From Elusimicrobia bacterium GWB2_63_22 (GTDB taxonomy: Bacteria; Elusimicrobiota; Elusimicrobia; Elusimicrobiales; UBA9959), in assembly GCA_001799735.1 (NCBI GenBank), contig MGUA01000034.1, positions 20,056 through 84,055 of the forward strand: DNA of 64,000 nucleotides, given 5' to 3'. Shown piece by piece: positions 27,621 through 36,137 of the stretch (position 1 is its first letter; every line of letters starts with the position of its first letter). A program made the position numbers and the translations under genes. The notes under the pieces were generated by a model, which was given only the letters and a program-made list of their open reading frames with translations, was not told the DNA's origin and did no database searches.

Positions 27621-27680
27621 TTCAGGGGACACAACACTTAATTCATAAAAGAACCGCAGTTAAGTATTGTGTCCCCAGAA
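27621..27680. repeat. Imperfect inverted repeat GGGGACACAA..TTGTGTCCCC
   Basis: Arms at 27625-27641 and 27660-27676. Confidence 0.65.
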
Positions 27681-27716
27681 CTCCGAGAGATGATTATGTC
27701 TCGCTGTCCCGGAGCC

Positions 27717-27747
27717 AAAAAATAAAGGCCGCTTTGCGCGGCCTTTA
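27717..27747 (-). terminator. Terminator downstream of tRNA-Gln
   Basis: TAAAGGCCGC/GCGGCCTTTA stem with A tract on +. Confidence 0.75.
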
Positions 27748-27751
27748 AATT

Positions 27752-27825
27752 TGGCTCCGGGACTAGGATTTGAACCTAGACAAAGGGATTCAGAGTCCCT
27801 TGTGCTACCGTTACACCATCCCGGA
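27752..27825 (-). tRNA. tRNA-Gln (anticodon CTG), CCA encoded
   Basis: Acceptor TCCGGGA/TCCCGGA, anticodon arm AGGGA-CTCTGAA-TCCCT, T arm GGTTCAAATCC, GCCA end. Confidence 0.95.
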
Positions 27826-27875
27826 ATAAAGCTACAGGTCTATTATATAAATTTCCGCGGCTGTCTGAAAGTATA

Positions 27876-27946
27876 TCGGGGCACCGGGAATCGAACCCGG
27901 GACTCATGCACCCAAAGCACGCGTGATACCATTTCACAATGCCCCG
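27876..27946 (-). tRNA. tRNA-Pro (anticodon TGG), CCA not encoded
   Basis: Acceptor CGGGGCA/TGCCCCG-A, anticodon arm CGTGC-TTTGGGT-GCATG, T arm CCGGG-TTCGATT-CCCGG. Confidence 0.88.
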
Positions 27947-27988
27947 AAGTCAAGACAAGGCATAGTTTATAATTTACGGAGACGGGGT

Positions 27989-28714
27989 TCAAACGCCGGC
28001 CCTGGCGGCCGCCGCGTCCTTTTCGTCCAGGAACCGCTCCAGCCCGGCCTTTATCGCCCAGCCGATAGCGCGCCGGTTGTCCTCGTCCAGCAGGAAGGCG
28101 CGGCTTTTATCTATGTCGCCGATCTCCAGCAGCACCCGGTAGCGGGCCTTGTTTACGTTCTCGTCCACGCTGTAGAAGGCCAGGCGGCCGGTGACGGCGC
28201 AGCGGTAGTCGTTGCGCCCCGTGGTGCTGTCGAGGTGCGTGCCGCGGTTCTCCAGGTCGGTGGCGCGGGCGATCTCCTCGATAATGATATTGGAGAGCCG
28301 GCGGTTGTCCTCCATGCCGGCGTCGCCGTCGTGGATATAGCCCCAGACCGCGTGGCGATTGGTGCCGCCGTTATTATGGATGCCGATAAAGACCAGGGGG
28401 TTCAACTCGTTGGAGCGCCGCAGCTCCCAGGCGTAGCCTGACAGTCTGCCGTCCTCCAGGGCCGAGGTGTGCGCTATCTTGGTATTGGTGCCGCTGGTGG
28501 CGTGGTGCAGGTCAGGCTGGAAGTAGCTCCAGACCTTATGCTCGTCGTAGCGGGGATAAGCGCGCATGGCGTAGCCCGCTATGGCGTCGGCGGTGAGCGC
28601 CTCGTTATAGTTCTCGCCCGTGTCGCTCTGGTGGGACGGCTGGAAGACGATAACGGGCCCCAGCGCCGAGGCCGGAGCGGCGCAGAGAAGGACAAGCAGC
28701 GCGGCGCGCAGCAT
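27989..28714 (-). CDS. Exported Amidase_3-like (N-acetylmuramoyl-L-alanine amidase-like) protein
   Basis: Signal peptide; QPSH..NE..FIGIHNNG..VLLEIG zinc-ligand spacing. Confidence 0.7.
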   Translation of the reverse strand: MLRAALLVLLCAAPASALGPVIVFQPSHQSDTGENYNEALTADAIAGYAMRAYPRYDEHKVWSYFQPDLHHATSGTNTKIAHTSALEDGRLSGYAWELRRSNELNPLVFIGIHNNGGTNRHAVWGYIHDGDAGMEDNRRLSNIIIEEIARATDLENRGTHLDSTTGRNDYRCAVTGRLAFYSVDENVNKARYRVLLEIGDIDKSRAFLLDEDNRRAIGWAIKAGLERFLDEKDAAAARAGV

Positions 28715-29277
28715 TACAGAAGCCCCAGCAGGCCGTCTTTAAGCGCCTTGTCGGAAGGCTTCGGCCCGAGCCACACCCGGAACAGGGCGTCGGCGAAATC
28801 CTTGCCTTCTATCGAGCCGAGGCTCTTGCCGTTGGCTTCCAGCTCCAGCGCTTTGCCGGGCCGGTAGAGGAACAGCAGCCGGTCGCCTTTCTTGACGTCG
28901 GGGATAAGCTTGCCGAATTTCTCTATGCGCTCCTTCAAGGCCGGCAGGACCTCGCCGGCGTTATTGGTGAAGCCGTCGGCGATGGCCTTGGCCACGTCGG
29001 CGCCGTCCACCGCGCGCAGGAAAACCAGCTCTATGCGCTTTACCTGCTCCGAGGCCGCTATCTCCAGGCCGTCTTTGGACGGCTTCTCCAGGTACAGCCC
29101 GGCGACGTAGACCTTGAACACCACCTTGGTGCGCAGGCCCAGGCCGTTGAGCTGCAGCTTTTTGCCGTCGAGATCCATAGAGACGGGCATGGTTACCCCC
29201 TTGAGATTTTTGGTCTCAGGGGCGGCGTAAAGGCCGCAGGGGAGGGCCAGTAAAGTCAGCAGGGCTAATATTTTCAT
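28714..29277 (-). CDS. Chalcone isomerase-like (Chalcone_3) exported protein
   Basis: LQLNGLGLRTKVVFKVYVAGLYL; FADALFRVWLGPKPSD..LK..LLG. Confidence 0.9.
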   Translation of the reverse strand: MKILALLTLLALPCGLYAAPETKNLKGVTMPVSMDLDGKKLQLNGLGLRTKVVFKVYVAGLYLEKPSKDGLEIAASEQVKRIELVFLRAVDGADVAKAIADGFTNNAGEVLPALKERIEKFGKLIPDVKKGDRLLFLYRPGKALELEANGKSLGSIEGKDFADALFRVWLGPKPSDKALKDGLLGLL

Positions 29278-29407
29278 AGGTCTCCTTGATTTTCAAATCC
29301 GTTAAAAAGAGCGGAGCGTTAACGCCGCTTTTATGAATAATATATATTCTGACAAGGCTTTTCAATTTTGATAGGATTAGGGCAGACAAACGCTATGGAT
29401 CGGTACC

Positions 29408-31318
29408 GTGAACATCCTGAAAGTCCTTCTACCCCTGCTAATCATTATGACCGCAATTAAACCGTCAACTGCACAGGTTTCCGCGCCGCGTTCCTGGACG
29501 CTGGCCCACTTTCTGCCCGGGGATTTCAAGGGCGCCAAGACCCAGAACCTCGCCCCGGCGCCCTTCCCGGAGGCCGCCTTCACCGTGGAGAACAGTTCCA
29601 AACCGGCGCAGCTGACCTCGTCCGAAATAGAGACCCTCTTCCCCTTCGATGAGCTGCTGCTCTCCGCCGACGCCGTTTTCTCCGGCAGCGGCGAGCTGGA
29701 GGCCGAGGCCCAGGTAAAGGCCGGCGGCACCTGGAGCCCCTGGTTCAGCTACGGCCGCTTCAATCCCCCCGCCGGCGGGACCAGCGTAAAGGACCAGCAG
29801 AACGATTTCGGCAGGATGGACGTGGACGTGCTCAAGCTCAAGCAGAAAGCCACGGCCTTCCGCTACCGCCTGACGCTTACCCCGGGCGCCGGCTCGCGGG
29901 CCGCGCTGCGCCTGGCGGCGGCCTCCTACACGGACTCCTCCGCGCCGTACAGCCAGGCAGACGCCGCGGCCAAACCGGCGCCGTTCAGCCCGGCGCGGGT
30001 AAAGGCTCCGGCCTTCTCGCAGATGATACAGCAGGTAAACTACGCCGGCGACATCTGCAGTCCGGTCTCCCTCGCCATGACCCTGTCGAGCCTGGGCGGA
30101 AAGGCCGAACCGCTGCCTACCGCCGCGGCGGTGCTCGACTCGGCCGAGAACATCTACGGCAACTGGTTCCTCAATACCGCCTATGCCGGCTCGCGCGGCT
30201 TCTACGCCTTCCTGGCCCGCCTCAACACCCTGGAGGAGGCGCGCGCTTTCATCCAGGCCGGCTCGCCGGTAATAGCCAGCGTCACCTTTGGCCCGGACGA
30301 ACTTAAGAACTCCCCCCTCAAGAAGACCCGGGGGCACCTGCTGGTGATCACCGGCTTCGACGCCAAGGGCGACGTAATAACCCACGACCCCGCCGCCCCG
30401 GAGCAAAAGACCGTAGAACGCGTCTATAAACGCGCCGAGTTCGCCGCGGCCTGGCTGAAGAACAAGTACGGCACGGCCTACATCGTGACCAAAGACCTCA
30501 ACCGCTTCCTCGCCGTTAAAGCCAATATGACGGAGCTGTACGCCATGCCCCCCAAGGACAAGGCCGAGCGCGGCAAGCTGATAGAAAGCCAGCTGCTCTT
30601 CAACGAGCGGGCCGAACTGCTGGAGACCGCCGGCCCCTGGGCCCGCGCCCGCGCCGTAGAGCAGCGCAGCCTGAAGACCGACGGGAAGACCCTCTCCCCC
30701 TACGAAGGCTGGCTGGAGCTGGACTCGCTGGCCTTCAGCCTGCCGCAGGTAGCCACAGCGGTGGTGAAGACCAAGACCGCCATGGCCGGCGGCACCGAGA
30801 TCTCCATGGGCGTAAAGCTGCGCGTGGCCGGAGGCCTGGCCCTGCCGGCGGGCCGGCTGGCGGCCAAAGACCTGAACCAGCTGCCGCAGAAAACCCCCGC
30901 GGCCGGGCTGCGCGGCAAGATAATGACCTCCGCCCGGGCTTTCCTCGGCGACAAATATTACTGGGGCGGCCGCTCGGCCTGGGGCATAGACTGCTCCGGC
31001 CTGGTGAACCTGGCCTACCGGGCCTGGGGCCTGGACCTCCCCCGCAACGCCGGCGACCAGTTCGCCGCGTCCAGGAGCGTGGCCAGGGAAAACCTGCAGC
31101 CGGCGGACCTGATCTTCTCCTCGGACGCCAACCGCCCGGGCGCCATTACCCACGTTATGCTCTACGCCGGCGGGGGCCGCCTGGTGGAGGCCACCGGCGA
31201 CAGCAACTCCGTGCGCGAGGTGACTTTCGCGGAAAAATTCGGCGCCGACTTCAAGAAGGCCAGGAACGGCATGGTCTCGCAGGGCAAGAAGATCTTCTTC
31301 CGCCGCGTGCTGAACTGA
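29408..31318 (+). CDS. Exported fusion of C39-like peptidase, SH3-like region and NlpC/P60 hydrolase
   Basis: SQ..ICSPVSLAM..GHLLVITGFD..HDPA; SQLLFNE..YEGWL; YWGGRSAWGIDCSGLV..LPRNA..DLIF..HV. Confidence 0.85.
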   Translation: MNILKVLLPLLIIMTAIKPSTAQVSAPRSWTLAHFLPGDFKGAKTQNLAPAPFPEAAFTVENSSKPAQLTSSEIETLFPFDELLLSADAVFSGSGELEAEAQVKAGGTWSPWFSYGRFNPPAGGTSVKDQQNDFGRMDVDVLKLKQKATAFRYRLTLTPGAGSRAALRLAAASYTDSSAPYSQADAAAKPAPFSPARVKAPAFSQMIQQVNYAGDICSPVSLAMTLSSLGGKAEPLPTAAAVLDSAENIYGNWFLNTAYAGSRGFYAFLARLNTLEEARAFIQAGSPVIASVTFGPDELKNSPLKKTRGHLLVITGFDAKGDVITHDPAAPEQKTVERVYKRAEFAAAWLKNKYGTAYIVTKDLNRFLAVKANMTELYAMPPKDKAERGKLIESQLLFNERAELLETAGPWARARAVEQRSLKTDGKTLSPYEGWLELDSLAFSLPQVATAVVKTKTAMAGGTEISMGVKLRVAGGLALPAGRLAAKDLNQLPQKTPAAGLRGKIMTSARAFLGDKYYWGGRSAWGIDCSGLVNLAYRAWGLDLPRNAGDQFAASRSVARENLQPADLIFSSDANRPGAITHVMLYAGGGRLVEATGDSNSVREVTFAEKFGADFKKARNGMVSQGKKIFFRRVLN

Positions 31319-31342
31319 GTCCCGGCCCCGGGAACGGACCTT

Positions 31343-31984
31343 ATGGCTACCGAAACAAAGAACCAGACCGGCCGGCTAGTCAGCGCGCTGAAGAAAGCCT
31401 ACCCGGACGCCTATTGCTCGCTGGACCACCGCAGCCCTTACGAGCTGCTGATGGCCACCATCCTCTCGGCGCAATGCACCGACGAGCGGGTGAACATGGT
31501 GACGCCGGCGCTGTTCAAGAAATATCCCGGCCCAGCCGCCATGGCCGCCGCCCCCCTCCCCGAGTTGGAACGGCTGGTACACTCCACCGGCTTCTATAAG
31601 AACAAGGCCCTCTCGCTCAAGGAGGCCTCCAGGGAGATAACGGAAAAATTCAACGGCCAGGTGCCGCGCACCATGGACGAATTGCTGACCCTGCGCGGCG
31701 TGGCCAGGAAGACCGCCAACGTGGTGCTGGGCTCGGCCTACGGCATAGCCGCCGGCGTGGTGGTGGACACGCACGTCAAGCGCCTGGCCTTCCGCCTGGG
31801 CCTTTCAAAACATACCGACCCGGGCAAGATAGAGCAGGACCTGATGAAGGCCCTGCCCAAAGAAGAGTGGATCTGGTTCGCCCACGCGCTGGTGCTGCAC
31901 GGCCGCGCCGTCTGCGACGCCCGCAAGCCGCTCTGCGAAAAGTGCCCGGTCGAGAAGCTCTGCCCCAGGAAAGGCGTAAAGTAG
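31343..31984 (+). CDS. nth: Endonuclease III
   Basis: TILSAQCTDERVN, GVARKTANVV, VDTHV, C-terminal 4Fe-4S CxxxxxxCxxCxxxxxC. Confidence 0.96.
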   Translation: MATETKNQTGRLVSALKKAYPDAYCSLDHRSPYELLMATILSAQCTDERVNMVTPALFKKYPGPAAMAAAPLPELERLVHSTGFYKNKALSLKEASREITEKFNGQVPRTMDELLTLRGVARKTANVVLGSAYGIAAGVVVDTHVKRLAFRLGLSKHTDPGKIEQDLMKALPKEEWIWFAHALVLHGRAVCDARKPLCEKCPVEKLCPRKGVK

Positions 31985-31998
31985 GGCGCCGCCCGGGC

Positions 31999-32036
31999 AA
32001 AAAAATAAGCCGCGCTAGCGCGGCTTATTTCTTTTT
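31999..32036. terminator. Bidirectional terminator
   Basis: AAATAAGCCGCG/CGCGGCTTATTT between convergent genes. Confidence 0.8.
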
Positions 32037-32048
32037 ACGCCGGGAGTC

Positions 32049-32903
32049 CTACAGGTTGGTGATGTCCTGGAAGATTATCCCGCCGCCTATCACCTTGCCG
32101 TCCACGCCCTTCATGTTAATGGAGCTGTAACCGATAACTTTTTCCTTGCCGTTTACCTTGCACTTGAACTCCTGGCGCCGCACGGTCTTGCCCTGCTTAA
32201 GCACGTCGCCGATGGCGCCGACTATGTCGGGACAGAGCTGGAAGAGTTCCACTACCGGCTTGTTGAGGTACTCTTGCCCCACCTCGAAGATCTCCGAGGC
32301 CTTGGGGTTGAAAAATATAACTTTCCCTTCCAGGTCCGCGCCGATAAAGCCGCCGGAGAGGTTGTTGATGGTGCTCTCGCCTTTGAGGTTGAGCTGCTTT
32401 ATAGTGGTGCCCAGCCTGACAATATACACGTCCCGCGCGGCCAGGGCGGTCATCATTTCGGCGCATTTCAGGTCATCCTCGGTGAAGGCCCCGGGGATGG
32501 AATTGATGAACTCCATTACGCCCAGCAGCTCGCCGTTGGCTATGGCCGGCACCGCGAGGGCCGACTTGGTCTGAAAGCCGGAGCCTTTGTCCACTTTCTT
32601 GGTGAACAGCGGGCTGTTCTCCGCGTCGTTGACCAGCACTGACTTGCGGCCTTCCGCGCAGAAACCGACCACGCCCTGGTAGCCGAAGGCGACGCCCACC
32701 AGGTCTCCCCCCACCGGGCCTATGCTCTTCTTGAAGGTAAGGCGCTTCTTGGCGTCGTCGGCCTCGAAGAAGCTGGCCGCGTGGCAGTTGACGATACCGG
32801 CGCCGCGGCGCGCCAGGTAGTCCCAAAGGGCCTCTTCGCCCTTGGCCGCCTCGGCGGGCAGGTCGGCGGCGAATTTGGAGATAAGTTCAAGGGGGTCGTT
32901 CAT
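32049..32903 (-). CDS. GAF + PAS sensor protein without output domain
   Basis: GVVGF..LVND..VDKGSGFQTKSALAVP..LGVMEFIN..FTEDD; DLEGKVIFFNPKA..IIFQDIT. Confidence 0.85.
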   Translation of the reverse strand: MNDPLELISKFAADLPAEAAKGEEALWDYLARRGAGIVNCHAASFFEADDAKKRLTFKKSIGPVGGDLVGVAFGYQGVVGFCAEGRKSVLVNDAENSPLFTKKVDKGSGFQTKSALAVPAIANGELLGVMEFINSIPGAFTEDDLKCAEMMTALAARDVYIVRLGTTIKQLNLKGESTINNLSGGFIGADLEGKVIFFNPKASEIFEVGQEYLNKPVVELFQLCPDIVGAIGDVLKQGKTVRRQEFKCKVNGKEKVIGYSSINMKGVDGKVIGGGIIFQDITNL

Positions 32904-34741
32904 TTTTTCACCTTCTTCTGTTCGGGCCGGCGCGGCGCGCCGAAATACTGCAGCACGCCCTCCGCCATGGTCTCGGCCAGCTTCTTCTGGAAGGACGGGG
33001 AGTTCAGCATTTCTTCCTGGCGGGGCAGGATCATGTAGGCGTTCTCCACCAGGGCCGCCGGCATCCAGGTCATGCGGGCCACCAGGTAATCCCCGAAGCG
33101 CAGGCCCTCGTCGGGCAGCGGGATGTGCTTCAGGTAGGCACGGTGCAGGGCCGCGGCCAGGGCGCGGCTGTGGCGCTGGTAATGATAGATGGAAAAGCCG
33201 CGCGGCTGGGCGTAGGGATCCTCGCCGTCGCCGATGGCGTTGTTGTGGATGCTGATAAAAAGGTCGCCGCCCAGGTCGCGGGCTAGCTTGGGCCGGTCGG
33301 CGAGGTCTACGAACTCGTCCCCGGGGCGCGTCAGCAGCACGGCCGCGCCGAGGGCGGCCAGCTCGTCGCGGAGCCGATGCGCTATAGCCAGGTTCACGTT
33401 AACCTCGAAGGTCTCCTTGGGCCCGACCGCGCCGTCGAGCCGGCAGGCGCTGGAGGCCGGAATGGAGCTGAACTTTGCGTCCCGGAGCGGCGTTTTAGTG
33501 TCGCCGCACTTCAGCCAGGGGGAATGCCCGGGGTCCAGCACCACTTTAACGCCGGAGAGCGGCTTGGGCCAGGCCAGCGAAGGCCTGGGCCGGGCGCGCA
33601 GGTCCACCTGCAGGGTCCGGCCGCCGTTGGGATAGGAAATGTTATAGCCCCAGAGTTCGCCAGGGCCGGTCTCAAAGTCAATCTGGACGGTGTTAATGCC
33701 CGACTGCCGGAACGAAACGTTCCTGACCAGGGTATCGGAAGAATCGTAGACCACCCAGTTGGTGCGGAGGCTGGCGTAATAGAGGGTCACGCGCAGCCCG
33801 TTCTCCAGCTCCTCGGCGATGAAAGGTATTTTCTCGTAAAGGGTCAGGGCCGCCGAAGAACCGAAATCTGTCTTTTTAAGTTTAATGGCCCCGGTCTCGG
33901 TCAGGGGGCCGCCGGAGTAGGGAGCGCCGGCCGAGGGCTGCACTTTGGAGTCCTCTACCCAGCAGTCGGCGTCAGGGGAGAGCAGCACGCGCCGCATGCC
34001 GTTGGAGCGGCCGGCCGAGGCCAGCTTTACACCTTTGGGCAGGAACATCATGTAGCCGCCCTCGGGCGCGTTGCGCAGCACCACCGTGTCGGTGGAAGTC
34101 TCCACCATGGCGGGGGCGGAGAGCACCCGCACGCGGCCCTTAGCCTTGGCGGAGGCGCCATGGGCGAACAGGCCGCCCTTAAACCGGGCGGACGGGTAGA
34201 ATTCTTTGCCCTGGTCGGCAGGCGCTATCCTGTAGACGCCGTAGTACCGGCCGGAGCCTTGCGGCGCCTCGGCCAGCGGCGCGTCCTCCAGGAGCTTCCC
34301 AAGGGAGAAAACGCCTTCCCTGCCGGGCGTGCCGTAAAGCGAGACCCGCACATAGTCCCCGGGCAGCACCTCGGAATCGGCGGCGCCGGCGGTGAACTCC
34401 AGGCTGACCGCGGCGGTGGAGGAGCGCTGTTCCGCCGGAACGCGCACGCTGAGGCGGCGCTGCGCGGTGGTGCCGTCAGCCAGCTCGCCTTTAAAAAAGA
34501 AATCTCCGGGCGAGACGGGCAGGTAGGCGATAAAGCCGCCGTTGGAATGCACCTCCACCCTTTCCCCGTTTACGGTGAAAGGGACGGTGGCGGGCGAGAC
34601 ATTGCCGAAGACGAAGGTTTTCTGCACGGCGGGCAGCGCGGCGCCGTCGGCGGGGTAGACGAAATTTATTTCCCCGGCGCGCAGCGGTACCGCCAGGAGC
34701 GGGAGCAGCGAGAAGGAGAGCAGGGCGGAAGGAAGACGCAT
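32900..34741 (-). CDS. N-acetylmuramoyl-L-alanine amidase (Amidase_3, C-terminal)
   Basis: Signal peptide; VVLDPGH, E..VNL, LTR, FISIHNNA, AALVE. Confidence 0.9.
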   Translation of the reverse strand: MRLPSALLSFSLLPLLAVPLRAGEINFVYPADGAALPAVQKTFVFGNVSPATVPFTVNGERVEVHSNGGFIAYLPVSPGDFFFKGELADGTTAQRRLSVRVPAEQRSSTAAVSLEFTAGAADSEVLPGDYVRVSLYGTPGREGVFSLGKLLEDAPLAEAPQGSGRYYGVYRIAPADQGKEFYPSARFKGGLFAHGASAKAKGRVRVLSAPAMVETSTDTVVLRNAPEGGYMMFLPKGVKLASAGRSNGMRRVLLSPDADCWVEDSKVQPSAGAPYSGGPLTETGAIKLKKTDFGSSAALTLYEKIPFIAEELENGLRVTLYYASLRTNWVVYDSSDTLVRNVSFRQSGINTVQIDFETGPGELWGYNISYPNGGRTLQVDLRARPRPSLAWPKPLSGVKVVLDPGHSPWLKCGDTKTPLRDAKFSSIPASSACRLDGAVGPKETFEVNVNLAIAHRLRDELAALGAAVLLTRPGDEFVDLADRPKLARDLGGDLFISIHNNAIGDGEDPYAQPRGFSIYHYQRHSRALAAALHRAYLKHIPLPDEGLRFGDYLVARMTWMPAALVENAYMILPRQEEMLNSPSFQKKLAETMAEGVLQYFGAPRRPEQKKVKK

Positions 34742-34820
34742 AGAACCTTTTGAGTTAAAGAAAACGAAATATAAATTTAATACCGTTCAGTTACAATTAT
34801 AATATATTAGAGCTTTCACT

Positions 34821-36134
34821 ATGAACAAACCGATACTCACGGCTATCCTTTCCACCCTGCTGCTGCCGGCCGCGGCCGCCGCGTCGGATTACACTTTCAT
34901 GCGCCCCTGCCCCAGGGCCAACGCCATGGGCTCGGCCTTCTCCACCGTGGAAGGCGACGCCTGCGCGGTCTTCTATAACCCCGCCAACCTGACCACGCTG
35001 GAGAACCTGGAAGTGCGCTTCGAGACCGGCCGCCGCCTGGCCGGGGACGCCCCCGCCGGCGAGGTGGCCGCGGTCTACATTCGCCCGGTCCCCGATACCG
35101 AGGACAAAGTGGCCGGCATGGGTTTCTACAGCGTCCGCCAGCGGGGCGGCCTGGGCCTCACCTCCGTCTCTTTCAGCGTCGGCAACCGCACGGTCATAAA
35201 ATACCTCCAGCAGCCCCTCTACTACGGCAGCGGAGTAAAGCTGGTCAGCCTGCGCGACGGCGAAAAAAGCCACCTCGGCCTGGGCCTGGACGCCGGCGTC
35301 CTGCTGCAGGGCAGCGGCGGCCTGCGCACCGCCCTGGTGCTGTCGGACCTGGTGCTGGGCGCCGGCAAATCCCTGGCCGGCGTCACGCTCGGCAATTCCT
35401 ACCGGGTCAAGGACACCCTGCTCGTGGCGGACCTGCGCGCGCGCGGTTCCTACTCCGAAGTTTTCCTCGGCGCCGAACACCAGCTGTTCAACGGCCTGCT
35501 GCAGGCCCGCGCCGGCAAGGGCGTCTCGCTGGGCGGCGGGCAGTACCTGGCCCTCGGCCTCGGCGTCAACACCCTCCCCTGGACCCTGGACCTGGCCTGG
35601 TCCATCCCCTGGCGCGGCTACCAGGAGAACTCCGGCTACTACGGCTTCAGCTTCGGCTACCGCTTCGGCGCCGAGACCTTCAGCGAGCGGCTGGTGGGCG
35701 ACGCCGCGCGGCAGGCCGAGAGCCTCAAGAACCAGATAGACGACCTGCGCTTGCAGAAGTCCAACCTGGACTCCACCATCGCCACGGGCCGGGTGAACAA
35801 GAGCATGCTGGAGACCGACCTGACCCTGCTGCAGAGCCGCATGCGCGAGGCCGAGACCAACCTCAAGGAGATCCAGGTGCAGGCGGTGGAAGCCCTGTAC
35901 AGAAAAGAGAATCCCCCGCCGCAGAAAAAGTACGTCCCCCCGGCGCCGGAACGCTGGCCCAAGCTGTACAAGGCGGCCCCCGGCGACACGCTGCGCTCCA
36001 TCGCTGGCAAATTTTACGGCAACCCCAGCCTCTGGGAGCTCATCTACGACGCCAACCAGAAGAATATTTCCAAAGGGGCGCCGGTGGAGGGCGCGGTGCT
36101 CACCATCCCCCCGCCCCCGTCGAGGATAAAATAG
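34821..36134 (+). CDS. PorV/PorQ-like outer-membrane beta-barrel fused to coiled coil and LysM
   Basis: RANAMGSAF..GD..AVFYNPANL; barrel-closing FSFGYRF; heptad region; GDTLRSIAGKFYGNPSLWELIYDAN. Confidence 0.8.
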   Translation: MNKPILTAILSTLLLPAAAAASDYTFMRPCPRANAMGSAFSTVEGDACAVFYNPANLTTLENLEVRFETGRRLAGDAPAGEVAAVYIRPVPDTEDKVAGMGFYSVRQRGGLGLTSVSFSVGNRTVIKYLQQPLYYGSGVKLVSLRDGEKSHLGLGLDAGVLLQGSGGLRTALVLSDLVLGAGKSLAGVTLGNSYRVKDTLLVADLRARGSYSEVFLGAEHQLFNGLLQARAGKGVSLGGGQYLALGLGVNTLPWTLDLAWSIPWRGYQENSGYYGFSFGYRFGAETFSERLVGDAARQAESLKNQIDDLRLQKSNLDSTIATGRVNKSMLETDLTLLQSRMREAETNLKEIQVQAVEALYRKENPPPQKKYVPPAPERWPKLYKAAPGDTLRSIAGKFYGNPSLWELIYDANQKNISKGAPVEGAVLTIPPPPSRIK

Positions 36135-36137
36135 CTT

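Noticed and set aside
27751-27972. ORFs overlapping tRNA genes (also 54700-54936)
   Set aside because: Artefactual translations of the antisense strand of tRNA genes.
26940-27990. Prophage or integrative element at the tRNA-Gln/Pro locus
   Set aside because: No integrase and no duplicated tRNA 3' end (att) seen in the window.
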